From Squalus acanthias (taxonomy: Eukaryota), in contig CM059432.1 in assembly GCA_030390025.1 (NCBI GenBank), positions 151,530,001 to 151,594,000 on the forward strand: 64,000 bases of DNA. The letters run 5' to 3'. The stretch's first letter is position 1; every line of letters begins with the position of its first letter. Below, piece after piece: positions 35,595 to 48,684 of the stretch. The notes under the pieces were generated by a model, which was not told the DNA's origin, did not search any database, and saw only the letters and a program-made list of their open reading frames with translations. The position numbers and the translations under genes were made by a program.

Positions 35595-36150
35595 CCTGGC
35601 CTGTTCTGCCATTCAGTCAGATCATGGCTGATCTGTACCTCAACTCTATTTACCAGCCTATGACCCATATCTCTTGATACCTTTACCTCACAAAAAACAG
35701 TTGTCTGTCTTCAAAATTTTAATTGGCCCTGGATCCACTTGGGGAGGCAATTCCAGATTTCAACTACCCTTTGTGTGAAAAAGTGTTTCCTGATTTCACT
35801 CCTGAATGGCCGAGCTCTAATTTTAAGATTTTGCCCCCTTGTTCTGGAATCCACCACCAGAGGAAATAGCTTCTCTGTATCTACCCTATCGAATCCCTTT
35901 ATCATTTCAAACATCTCAATTAGATCACCCCTCAATCTTCTAAATTTAAGGGAATACAAGCCAAGTTTATGCCACCTGTCCTCGTAATTTAAGCCCTGGT
36001 ATCATTCTGGTGAATCTGCGCTGCACCCCCTCCAAGGCTAATATATCCTTCCTGAGATGCGGTGCCCAAACCTGAACAGAGTTCTCCAGATGGGGTCTGA
36101 CCAAGCCTCTGTACAACTGAAGCATAACTTCCTCCCCTTTGTATTCCCCT
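35595..36150 (-). mobile_element. CR1 LINE 3' fragment
   Basis: RRLRGDLIE...HFFTQRVVEIWNCLP ORF2 C-terminus. Confidence 0.85.
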
Positions 36151-36449
36151 TTGTGCTTTCTTTAGCTCTGCATTGGCAGCTGCAGACAGTGGGTCTGAGC
36201 TGTAGTCCCAATAGCTTTTGTTCCCCCAAGTAAATCTAATTAAAGCTTTGGTAAAAGTTGAAGAATAATTTATATTTTGTTTACATTTCATCCATTCAGA
36301 GGAGATTGTTACTTTACTTACAATCATAACAAAAACAGGCTTTTGAAATGTTAACATATGAATTTGAGAAATTGTGGAATAAACAACAATCGCAACTTGC
36401 ATTTATTGTGGCGTCTTTAATGTAGAAAAATTATGAAGGAGGCATCACA

Positions 36450-36575
36450 GCAATACACCCTGCTATTCCTGACGCAATTATCTGAGTTAACACAATATAC
36501 TCTGCTATTCCTGAAGCAATTATCTGAGCTAACACAATATACTCTGCTATTCCTGAAGCAATTATCTGTATTAAC
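36450..36575. repeat. Three-copy 42-bp tandem repeat
   Basis: Unit ACAATATACTCTGCTATTCCTGAAGCAATTATCTGAG(T/C)TAAC. Confidence 0.9.
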
Positions 36576-37714
36576 CACTTAAATGTAAAATTATAGTTGT
36601 TGCTCTACATCTACATCAGCTATACAAAGTAGCAGTAATATAGAAAAAAAACTCCCAAGGCGAGTCACAGATGCATGAGGAAAAAATGGATGCCAAAGCA
36701 AAAAAGGAGCTAGTAGGAGGGGTATCCAAAAACTTGGTCAGAGTGGTTGGTTTTAAAATGGGTCTTAAAGGTGAAGAGGTTGAGGTTTTAGGGAGGGAAT
36801 TAGAGTGAAATCACAGGTGGAAATGGTAGGGGCAAAAGGTGGAGGATGCACAAAAGGCCAGAGTCAGAGGAGATTTCGGGCAGGGATGTTTATCGGGTTA
36901 AGGTGATTCATAGATAGGGAGAGGCAAGGCCATGAAGGGATGTAAACAAGAGATGAGGATTTTAAATTTGAGGTGCTGGGGACTTTATTTTATTGTTTGG
37001 CTCTTGGATCATTACCCGATAATAATATTGATAGAATTCTGTTGAACTTCATCAAGTATGTGCACCTTGTTTCAAAGTAAAACTTGATGGTACATAGCAT
37101 TAGCATGGTAAAAATACAATTTTTATTGCAGTACTTCTGTTTTTCCTGTTAATGACAAGGGTAGCATGGCCTGTACTTGTAAAGCTAAGGCTCCATGAGG
37201 GTTAACAAATGCATCCTTTCAGTGGATTAAGCATGTAGTGACGGAATCTCCTTCGATACCAAACTCAGATTTGTACAACAAGTTAAAATGGATTCAGAAA
37301 GGAAGATCCTGCCTGACGAACCTCCTTGACATTTTTTTTGAGAAAATGGCATCCCAACTGGCCTGTGGTAAGCCCTATGACATGTTCTACCTCGAATTCT
37401 AGAGAGGGGGGATTCCTCTCTAGAATTCCACATGAAAGACTGTTACTTAAGTTCAAAGCTGTGCTGATACAGGGTAGATCTTGTGTATGGGTAAAATCTT
37501 GGTCTATGGGTAGAATACAATGGGTACTTGTTATAGGCATTTTGTTAAGATGGGAGGAAGTTCTGAATGAGGTGCCCCAAGGATTGATGCCAGGACCTTA
37601 TCCTATGTTACTATAGCGATAGATTTTTGTTAGTTAAGGGTATCAAGGAATATGGATCAAAGGCGGGTAAATGCAGTTGAGGTATAGATTAGCCACGATT
37701 TGATTAAATGGAAG

Positions 37715-39055
37715 AAGAGGATGTACTTAAAAGGTTGTCAGTCCTCAAAGAAAAAAGTTACCCGGTCTGGATGGGATGCATCCTAGGTTACTGAGGGAAG
37801 TAAGGGTGGAATTTGCGGAGGCTCTGCCACAATCTTCCAATCCTCCTTAGATATGGGGGTGGTGCCAGAGGACTGGAGGATTGCAAATGTTACACACCTG
37901 TTCAAAAAAGGGGAGAGCGATAAGCCAGACAACTATAGGCCAGTCAGCCTAATGTCAGTGGTGGGGAAACATTTGGAGACAATAATCCGGAACAAAATTA
38001 AATGGCATTTGGAAAAGTATGGCTAATAAATGAAAGTCAGCATGGATTTGTTGAAGGCAAATCGTGTTTGATTAACTTGATCGAGTTCTTTGATGAAGAA
38101 AGGGAGATGAGGGTCGTGCAGTTGATGTGTATATGGACTTTGAAAAGGTATTTGACAAAGTACCACATAATAGACTTGTTAGCAAAATTAAAGCCCATGG
38201 GATTAAAAGGACAGTGGCAGCATGTATACAAAATTGGTTAGGGGAAAGAAAGCAGAGAGTAGTGCTGAATGGTTGTTTTTCAGACAGGAGGGAAGTATAC
38301 AGTGGTGTTCCCCAGGGGTTGATATTAGGACCACTGCTCTTTTTGATATATATTAATGACCTGGACTTGGATATACAGGGCATAATTTCAAAGTTTGCAG
38401 ATGATACGAAACTCGTAAATCTAGTAAACAGTGAGGAGGATAGTAACAGACTTCAGGAGGACATAGGCAGACTGGTAAAATGGGCAGACACATGGCAGAT
38501 AAAATTTAACGCAGAGAAGTGTGAAGTAATTCATTTTGGTAGGAAGAATGAGGAGAGGCAGTATAAACTAAATGGCACAATTTTAAAGGGGGTGCAGGAA
38601 CAGAGAGACCTGGGATGTATGTATGCAAATCTTTGAATGTGGCAGGACAAGTTGAGAAGGCTGTTAAAAAAGCATACGGGTTCCTTGGGTTTAGTAATAG
38701 AGGAATAGAGTACAAAAGCAAGGAAGTTATGCTAAACCTTTATAAAACCTTGGCTAGGCCTCAGCTGTACTATTGTGTTCAATTCTGGGCACCGCACTTT
38801 TGGAAGGATATCAAGGCCTTGAAGAGGGCGAGAAGAGATTTACTAGAATGGTACCTGGGATGAGGGACTTCAGTTATGTGACGAGACTGGAGAAGCTGGG
38901 ATTGTTCTCCTTCGAGCAGAGAGGGTTATGAGGAGATTTGATAGAGGTGCTCAAAATCATGAATGGTTTTGATAGAGTAAATAAGGAGAAACTGTTTCCA
39001 GTGGCAGAAGGGTCGGCAACCAGAGGACACAAATTTAAGGTAATTAGCAAAAGAA
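37715..39055 (+). mobile_element. Degenerate CR1 ORF2 fragment
   Basis: QHGF, GVPQG, KFADDT and RPQL motifs with frameshifts. Confidence 0.9.
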
Positions 39056-39063
39056 CAGAGGCG

Positions 39064-39664
39064 GCACCTGCCCTTTCAGCTCCTCCATTCCCATCTTTCG
39101 GGGCCTCAAACACTCCTTCCAGGTGAAACAGTGATTTACTTGTACTTCTTTCAATCTAATACAAAACTCTATTTGTTGCTCATGATGCAGTCTCCTCTAC
39201 ATTGGGGAGTCCAAACTCAGATTGGTAATCCCTTTGTTGAACACCTTCCTTCAGTCCGCAAGTGTGACCCTGAGCTTCTGGTCACTTGCCATTTTAATTG
39301 TTCGCCCCACTCCCACTCTGAACTCTCTGTCCTCGGCCTCCTACACTACACCCATCTTTTGTTTATTTACTTGTCTCATTAACACCCCCTTTTGCCTTGC
39401 ACCGTCATCCGTTTTGTCATTTAATTACTCCTGCATTCCAACCGATCACAGATCTTCCCTTTTAGTTTTTCCTCCTCTCCCCCGCCCTCTTTTCCCTGCC
39501 TCGGTACTTGTTTAAAACCTCTTGCATCTCTAACATTTTCCAGTTCTGATGAGAGGTCAGCGACCTGAAACGTTAACTCTGTTTCTCTCTCCACAGATGC
39601 TGCCTGACCTGCTGAGTATCTCCAGCATTTTCTGTTTTCCAGCATCCGCAGTATTTTGCCTTTG
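39064..39664 (+). mobile_element. Degenerate Penelope-like 3' fragment with hammerhead motif at 39542-39578
   Basis: Decayed GIY-YIG region plus tail AGTT-CTGATGA-G-AGGTC-AGC-GACCT-GAAA-CGT-T-AACT. Confidence 0.85.
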
Positions 39665-40773
39665 CTCACACGTTCAAGCTAGTAATGGGCAAATTTTGGA
39701 TTGATATCCGGAAGTTTTTCGTCACACAAAGAAGTGATCAACATATGGAATGAGCTCCTGGAATGAATCGTGGAGGTATATGTTTTCACCCGGAGAATAT
39801 TTAAGAACCAACTGGATGATGTAACGGGGGGGACTTTCGGGTCATTCTAAACGGATGAACTAAGATAGGCTGAATAGCCTTCCTCATCCAAAATTATCTT
39901 GTGATATACCTTTTGCCAAAAATGCTAACAAAGAAAGATGATGGACAGTAAAAGACGTGGCTGGTGCATCGAGCCTGCCCCGTACAGCGACGATACCCTG
40001 AGCATCAGGATTTTATAATGCCCACCACCCAGCGGCAGCCATCTGATCTCCTGGGAGAGGCAAAAACCAGCTAAAAATAAGACCCAAGAGACTGTTGTCT
40101 TTTGATTGCTCTGTCAAAATCCCAAACAAAACAAAATTGGTCTGAAACTAGAGTTGAAACTCAGTAACTCAATGAGAATAAATCTGCTCAGGAAGGGTAT
40201 CCATCTTTAAAGTAAGAAATTAAAATCAGAATAATCTACAGCCACAAATGGATCTAAACTAAATTCATGTGAAACATAATTCACATTTCAGGTAACTGTT
40301 CGAGTTTCTTTTATGAACTTGGATGCCGTTGAACTGAATTGAATTTCCTGCTGAAGTGAATGATGGGATACAATAGCCATTGCATGTACTTTTGGTGAGC
40401 TGAGCACTAGTTTGTGAGTCATTAACAATTGTAACTTAGTGACAAAAGGTGGGATGTCACACTCTAATACATTGTTTTCATAATGCTGGCCCCAGTGTAC
40501 AAACAATTTTCTACTCAGTGTTGTTGGTTTTCAGGGTTGAACTCTTTCACATGTTCAAAAGAGAAACAGTAATTGCTGGAAATCTGGAGTAGAAACAGAA
40601 AATGCTGGAAGTACATAGCTGGTCCATGAGCACCATGAAAAAACAGGCAGCATTCAAGGTGCACATACTTCATCAGAGCTGGCATAGGAAAGCACATTCA
40701 TCGGACTGATTGAAACAGGTGGCGGGGAGCAGGTGTGGGGATTGTGGGTAGGTGAAAATAACAGGTTAAGATA

Positions 40774-41126
40774 CAGGAAACTCTTTGGTATCCGGCACCG
40801 ACGGGACCGGGATGGTGCCGGTTGATTAAAAATTCCGGATGACGGAGAGGGTTATCTGCTGAGGCTATTTTTAACAAACAAAAATAAAAAAATCAAGAAA
40901 TGTGCAGTATACAGTAATTGGGTACTCACCTGCAGAATGTTGTGTTAAATGGATGGTGGAAGATGCTTGATTAAATACAGTACTGCCAGTTGAGGGTAAT
41001 CCATAACTCTTTAATTACTTAACAGTAAAACAAAACGGTTATTGAGGTGTTGTTTTCGGAGTATGAATTTTGCCGGTTAATAGAGAATTCCGGATATTTA
41101 GGTGCCATTTAAACGAGAGTTTCCTG
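40774..41126. mobile_element. Tigger/pogo-like MITE
   Basis: TIRs CAGGAAACTCT / GAGAGTTTCCTG, TA duplication; same family as 57704-58077. Confidence 0.88.
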
Positions 41127-41332
41127 TACTACTTTTGAAAATAGACAACGGATGGGTTTTAAAGCCTGTAAATATAGATTTTTAAAAGTTTGAATAAGGT
41201 GAAGTGGGCATGTGAAGTTTTATCACTGGGAATCTATGGAGATATCTTGGATTGAAATAGAACAGGTTTGGTGTCACAACCTTGAGAAGCTGCCTTTTTC
41301 TGACGTAAGGAGGTAATGCACAGTAGGCCTGT

Positions 41333-43049
41333 CACCTCCATTCCCCACCAGGATGGCCTGAGGGTGCTCCGCTTCTTCCTTGAACAGAGGCCCAACCAGT
41401 CCCCAACCACCACCACCCTCCTCCGCCTGGCTGAACTTGTTCTCACATTGAACAACTTCTCCTTTGACTCCACCCATTTCCTCCAAATCAAAGGTGTTGC
41501 TCTGGGTACCCGCATGGGTCCAAGCTATGCTTGCCTTTTCGTGGGATATGTGGAACACTCTTTGTTCCAGTCCTACTCGGGTCAACTCCCTCACCTCTTT
41601 TTCCGGTACATTGATGACTGTATCGGTGCCGTCTCCTGCTCTCGCCCTGAACTAGAACATTTCATTCACTATGCTTCCAATTTCCACCCTTCCCTCACCT
41701 TCACATGGTCCATCTCCGACTCTTCCCTTCCCTTCCTCGACTTCTCCGTCTCCATCTTTGGAGATAGGTTATTGAATAACATTCACTACAAGCCCACTGA
41801 CTCCCACAGCTACCTGGACTACACTTCCTCCCACCCCGCCTCCTGTAAGGACTCTATTCCATTCTCCCAGTTTCTCCGTCTCTGCTGCATCTGCTCTGAC
41901 GATGCCACCTTCCATACCAGTGCTTCCGACATGTCTTCCTTTTTCCTCAACCGAGGATTCCCCTCCACTGTGGTCGACACGGCCCTCGACCGTGTCCGTT
42001 CAATCTCCCGCACTTCTGCCCTCACCCCTGCCCCTCCCTCCCGGAACCACGATAGAGTTCCCCTTGTTCTCACCTTTCACCCCACCAGCCTCCACATTCA
42101 ACGGATCATCCTCCGCCATTTCCGCCACCTCCAGCGTGATCCCACCACCAAACGCATCTTCCCCTCACCTCCCCTTTCAGCATTCCGCAGGGACCGCTTC
42201 CTCCGCGACACCCTAGTCCACTCCTCTACCACCCCCAGCACCCCTTCCCCTTCGCCCGGCACCTTCCCGTGCAAGCGCAGGAGATGCAACACATGCCCTT
42301 ATACCTCCCCTCTTCCCACTGTCCAGGGCCCCAAACACCCCTTCCAGGTGAAACAGCGATTTACTTGTACTTCCTGCAATTTAGTATACTGTATTCGCTG
42401 CTCACGATGTGGTCTCCTCTACATTGGGGAGACCAAACGCAGATTGGGTGACCGCTTTGCGGAACACCTCCGTTCAGTCCGTAAGGGGGACCCTGAGCTC
42501 CCGGTTGCCTGTCACTTTAATTCACCGCTTCACTCCCACTCTGACCTCACCGTCCTCGGCCTATTACACTGTTCCACGGAAGCTCAGCATAAGCTCGAGG
42601 AACAGCACCTCATCTTTCGTTTAGGTACCCTACAGCCCTCTGGACTCAATATCGAGTTCAACAATTTTAGATCATAACCTCAGCCCCTATCACATTTATA
42701 TTTTATTTTTTCATCCACCCTTTTGTGTGCCCCCCCCCCCCTTTTTCCCTCCCAGAAGCTGGCAGCTGTCCTTCATTCTGCCAGTGCATTTCACACTTCT
42801 TTTAGCCTCAACCTGTCACATTAACACCTCCTCTCGCCTTGATCATCTCTTAATGTCTCTCAATGTCTCTTAATCTCTCCTTTTGTTCTTTCATCCCCTC
42901 CCCCTTTTCCCAGCTTTATCCTTGCTTTAAATCTATTTCATTTCCTGCTTTTTTCCAGTTCTGAAGAAAGGTCTTCGACCTGAAACGTTAACTCTGTTTC
43001 TCTCTCCACGGATGCTGCCTGGCCTGCTGAGTTTTTCCAGCGTTTTCTG
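41333..43049 (+). mobile_element. 5'-truncated Penelope-like element with an open RT-GIY-YIG frame (to 42677) and hammerhead motif at 42957-42993
   Basis: TSIPH, QIKGVALGTRMGP, FRYIDD and VYCIRC/YIGET motifs uninterrupted; very similar to the 30573 copy. Confidence 0.96.
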
Positions 43050-44504
43050 TTGTTACTTTGGTAAATTAATGTTTTGGGTTGGATTCCTAATGAAGGGTTC
43101 CACCAAAATGCTAATCCGATTTTTCTCTTTCGGGCGCTGAATGACCTGCTATGTATTTCCAACTTTCTCACTTTTCATTTATCGTCAATCATTGTTGACT
43201 ACATAGACCTGTGGCAAATTTATCCTTTTAAAAACCGCAGATGTTCATTTTTATTCAAAAGGAGAACAATTCTTGTCCGATTTTTCTAATCAGACAGCTA
43301 AGGAATTGCCTTGGTTTCAACGCAGTTTAAATTAAATGTAAATGCCACCCCTCTGCTTAAGTTTATTCATTTCAATCACTTAACATCGGTGCCAACAGGT
43401 ATTGTGGGTATTTAGTCATTTTCTACCATTTTCCCGTTAGGCTGTTTTGCTTTTGTACTTTATTAGTTCTGTAGATTTTCCAGTTCTGCTCTGTTTCAGA
43501 GAGGAACTTGTGGCTGAGACTCCCTTGCAGAACAGAACTACAAGAAATTGTGTCATTCCAGTCGACGAGGGTAGTGGAATTTTGGAAGCTACTTCAATAC
43601 TGAAAATTGTGCATTTTTACAGTTGAGTTGCTTTCAACATTGGTCTTTTTGAACAATTTTAGATCATGTTGGATGGATTGAATCCATTTGCCAGTGGATG
43701 TTTTTTCCTAGTTTGTATATTACACTATTGTTTTGTTGTCGCTCTAATAAAGTGGAAAAAGGCAAACTTTGTTTTGTGTTGCAAGCTTGAGAAAGCAGCA
43801 GGGGTAGATTCTTCATGACTTTTTGTGCTGTATTTTGTAATTGTTTCCTGCTGTTGTTTTGCTTTTAAAATTGATGTGTATTTTATTGCTGTACTGTTCA
43901 CTAACCTTTCCTTTAAGCTAGTCCAAGTATACCAAGAGCGAACGGTTAATTCAAAATCTATGTCATTGAAGTGAAAGTAGCAAATTGATTCGAACGAATA
44001 GGGTCAAAGCGGAGAGACAGAACGTTGAAGTGCAGCTGAAACAGTTCTTGTATTCCTGCGATAAAGACAGATGTCTGGCTTAAGCATTACTCCTTTCATA
44101 ATCTTGTCCTTATGCAAAACAGAATGGACCAATGCATACTTCTAAAATGCAGACCTATATAGATGCTATGCTAAGATGTGCGCTATTTCCCATGACTCAG
44201 TCATCTGAAGAAGCTGGCTAAGTAGTTCAGCAGCTTACCTCCTTACGTCAGAAGAAGGCAGCTTCTCAATAAGGTTGAGACACCAAACCTGTTCTGAGGC
44301 TCCAGAATTGTGAGATCTACTGCTTTAACGTTTGGTAAGTATTTAGAGGATGAGAATCAATGGCAAACTGATACAAGGTTATTGTGATTGAGATGTTGGA
44401 AAACTTCTCATTCAGCAGTTTCTATCAATTTTTAACTCTTCTTGTGATTTTACACAATGTTTGAAGCTTTCCACTCAGGCAGAACAGCATTGGTAACAGG
44501 TGTG

Positions 44505-44740
44505 GGCAGCGGGCGGTCGAGGGGGTCGTTCAGCCCGACTGCCTGCCTCTCTTCCGCAGCTACGTTCGCGCCTGGGTGTCCCTGGAGATGAGCACGCGGT
44601 GTCTGCCGGTACGCTTGAGGCCTTCCGCGACCGGTGGGCACCGGAGGGACTGGAGTGCATCATCATCCCAAGGAATAGTATTTTAATTTAATTTAAGTTT
44701 CTTTTCAATTTTTTGTTAAGTTACAGTTTTTATTGGGAGG
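44505..44740 (+). mobile_element. Tx1/L1-like 3' fragment
   Basis: EHAVSAGTLEAFRDRWAPEGLECIIIPRNSILI* plus T-rich UTR. Confidence 0.6.
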
Positions 44741-44867
44741 GGGCACATGCTTAACTTCCAATAGGCAACTGATATAAGGAGAAGATTCAGCATTGGTTGA
44801 CTGGGATGGTCCAACTAATGAGTAGTAGGTAACTGGTTCCTCAGATAGGGCTCTGAGAATCTTGAAT

Positions 44868-47800
44868 ATAGAATCTTACAGCACTGAAGGAGGCCATTCG
44901 GCTGATCGTGCCTGTGCCGGCTCTTTGAAAGAGCTATCCAATTAGTGCCACTCCTCTGCTCTTTCCTCATTGTCCTGTATTTTTTTCGTTTTCACGTATT
45001 TATCCAATTCCCTTTTGAAAGTTACTATTGAATCTGCTTCCATCACCCTTTCAGACAGTGCATTCCAGATCATAACAACTCACTGCGTAAAGAAATATCT
45101 CCTCATTTCCCCCCTGGTTGTTTTGGCAATTATCTTAAATCTGTGTCCTCTGGTTATGACCCTTCTGCCACTGGAAACAGTTTCTCCCTATCTACTCTAT
45201 CAAAACCCTTCATAATTTTGAACACCTGTATTAAATCTCCCCATAATCTTCCCTGCTCCAAGGAGAACAATCCCAGCTTCTCTCGTCTCTCCACATAACT
45301 GCAGTCCCTTATCCCTGTTATAATTCTAGTAATCGCCTCTGCACCCTCTCCAAAGCCTTGACATGCTTCCAAAAGTGTGGTGCCCAGAACTGGACACAAT
45401 ACTCCAACTGCAATGATTTATAAAGGTTTAGCATAACTTCCTGGCTGTTGTACTCTATGCCTCTATTTATAAAGCCCAGGACCCCGTATGCTTTTTTTTT
45501 TAAGTGCCTTATCAACTTGTCCTGCCACCTTCAAAGATTTGTGTACGTGAACCCCCTTATCTCTCTGTTCCTGAACCCCTTTAAAAGTGGATAAATTCCC
45601 AGGCCCGGATGAAATGTATCCCAGGCTGTTAAGCGACGCAAAAGAGGAAATAGCAGAGGCCCTGACCATCACTTTCCAATTCTCTCTGGCTTCAGGTGTG
45701 GTGCCGGAGGACTGCTAATGTGGTACCCTTGTTTAAAAAGGGAGAAAAGGATAGACTGAGTAATTACAGGCCAGTCAGCCTAACCTCGGTGGTGGGAAAA
45801 TTATTGGAAAGAATTCTGAAGGACAGGATAAATCTTCATTTAGAAAGACACGGATTAATCAAGGATAGTCAGCACGGATTTGTTAAGGGAAGGTCGTGTC
45901 TGACAAACTTGATTGAATTTTTTGAGGAGGTAACAAGGAGGGTAGATGAGGGTAGTGCATTTGATGTAGTGTATATGGACTTTAGCAAGGCTTTTGATAA
46001 GGTTCCACATGGCAGACTGGTCACGAAGTTAAAAGCCCATGGGATCCAGGGCAAAGTGTCAAGTTGGATTCAAAACTGGCTCAGAGACAGGAAGCAGAGG
46101 GTAATGGTTGATGGGTGTTTTTGTGACTGGAAGGCTGTTTCCAGTGGGGTTCCACAGGGCTCAGTACTAGGTCCCTTGCTTTTTGTGGTATATATCAATG
46201 ATCTAGACTTGAATGTAGGGGGTATGATTAAGAAGTTTGCAGATGATACTAAAATCGGCTGTGTGGTTGATACTGAAGAAGGAAGCTGTAGACTGCAGGA
46301 AGATAGCAATAAATTGGTCAGGTGGGCAGAACAGTGGCAAATGGAATTGTGAGGTAATGCATTTGGGGAGGGCTAACAAGGAAAGGGAATACACATTAAA
46401 TGGTAGGACACTGAGTAGTGTAGAGGAACAAAGGGACCTTGGAGTTCATGTCCACAGATCCCTGAAGGTAGCAGGCCAGGTAGATAAGCTGGTTAAAGAA
46501 GGCATATGGAATGCTTGCCTTTATTAGCCGTGGCATAGAATACAAGAGCAGGGGGATTATGCTTCAACTGTATAAAACACTAGTTAGGCCTCAGCTAGAG
46601 TACTGCGTGCAGTTCTGGTCACCACATTACAGGAAAGATGTGATTGCACTAGAGAGGGTACAGAGGAGATTTACAAGGATGTTGCTGGGAGTAGAGAATC
46701 TTAGCTATGAGGAAAGACTGGATAGGTTGGGTCTGTTTTCCTTGGAACAGAGAAGGCTGAGGGGAGACCTTATTGAGGTGTATAAAATTATGAGGGGCAT
46801 AGATAAAGTGGATAGAAAGGACCTATTTCCCTTAGCAGAGGGGTCAAAAACCAGGGGGCACAGATTTAAAGTAATTGGGGAAGGTTTAGAGGGGATTTGA
46901 GGGGAAATTTCTTCACCCAGAGGGTTGTGGGGATCTGGAACTCACTGCCTGAAAGGGTGGTAGAGGCAGGAACCCTAACCACATTTAAAAAGTACTTGGA
47001 TGTGCACTTGGGATGCTCTAACCTGCAGGGCTACGGACCAAGAGCTGGGAAGTGGGATTAGGCTGGATAGCTCTTTGTTGGCCGGCGCGGACACAATGGG
47101 CTGAAATGGCCTCCTTCCGTGCTGTAACTTTCTATGATTCTATGAACCATTTAGCTTATATTGTCTCTCCTCATTCTTCCTTCCAAAATGCATCACTTCA
47201 TGTTTCTCTGCATTAAATTTCATCTGCTGTGTGGCTTCTCATTTCAGCAGTCTGTCTATGCCCTCCTGAAGTTTGCTAATATCCTCATCATGGTTTACCA
47301 CATATCCAGGTTTTGGGTCATCTACAAACTTTGAAATTATGCCCTGTATACCCAAGTCCAGGTCATTAAGATATATCAAAAAGATCTATGACCCTAATAC
47401 CGACCCCAGGGGGACACCACTGTTTACTTCCCTCCAGTCTGATACACAACCATTCACCACTACTCTCTGCTTTCTGTCTCTTAGCGAATTTCATTTCCAC
47501 GCTGCTACTGCCTCTTTAATTCTATAGGCTTTAATTTTGCTAACAAGTCTATTACGTGGCACTTTATCGAACACCTTTGAAAGTCCATGTATACATCAAC
47601 TTCGCTTCATCAACCATTATTTGTCAGACACGATTTGCCTAATCCATGCTGGCTGTCATTTATTAACCCACATTCTTCCAAGTGACAATTAATTTTGTCC
47701 CGTATTATGGTCTGTTGAATTTTTGCCACCACTGATGTCAGGCTGACTGGCCTGTAGTTACTGGGTTTATCCCTCTCCCCCCTTTGTTGAACAGAGATGT

Positions 47801-48125
47801 AACATTTGCAACCCTCCAGTCCTCTGGCACTACTCCCATAGCCTCCGCTATTTCCACCCTTACTTCCCTTAACAATATGGATGTAACTTATCTGTACCAG
47901 GTGACCTTTCCACTTTAAGTGCCTCCTCTTTATTTTTATCCTATCCAATTTCTCTATCCCCTCCTCCTTTACTGTGACATTGGCAGCATCCTCTTCTTTT
48001 GTGAAGACAGATGCAAAGTACTCATTTAGTACCTCAGCGATACCCTCTGCCTCCACAAGATTTTCTTTTTGATCTCTAATCAGCCCCACCCTTCCCTTGA
48101 CTATCCTTTTACTCTTTATATGTTT
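44868..48125 (-). mobile_element. Degenerate CR1 LINE split by an oppositely oriented CR1
   Basis: Minus-strand ORF2 fragments on both sides of 45584-47144. Confidence 0.85.
45584..47144 (+). mobile_element. 5'-truncated CR1 LINE nested in another CR1
   Basis: RT ORFs at 45696-46900; 3' tail TTCTATGATTCTATG. Confidence 0.92.
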
Positions 48126-48446
48126 ATATATCTATGGCATAAGGACCAGTGGCTTTTCCTGTACCAGGGTTTTGAAGATAGTTAACTTTTTTGTGTCAGA
48201 TCTCGACTTGCAAAATCAGATGACTGCATATTGACAGGGAAATTATACCTGTTTTTGAATTTCATCTGATATTTCTGCAAATAAAAGGAACCAAAAAACA
48301 TGTGAAAATCTGAAATAAAAACAATGTTGGAAATACAACAACAACTTGAATTGATATAGTGCCTTTAATATAATAAAACATCCCAAGGTGCTTCACAGGA
48401 GCGTAATCAGACAAAAATTGACACCGAGCCGAAGAAGAGACATTAA

Positions 48447-48684
48447 TAATAAAAACAGAAAATGCTGGAAATACTCAGCAGGTCAGGCAGCATCTGTGGA
48501 GAGAGAAACAGAGTTAATGTTTCAGGTCAATGACCCTTCGTCAGAACTGGCCAGTTCTGACGAAGGGTCATTGACCTGAAACGTTAACTCTCCACAGATG
48601 CTGCCTGACCTGCTGAGTATTTCCAGCAATTTCTGTTTTTATTTCAGATTTCCAGCATCCGCAGTATTTTGCTTTTGTATTAAG
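48447..48684. mobile_element. Fold-back Penelope-like tail: spacerless palindrome holding two back-to-back hammerhead motifs
   Basis: Symmetry centre TCAGAACTGG|CCAGTTCTGA at 48550/48551; arms about 100 bp; 10-bp duplication GAGACATTAA (48437-48446, 48685-48694) inside an L2-type tail. Confidence 0.85.
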
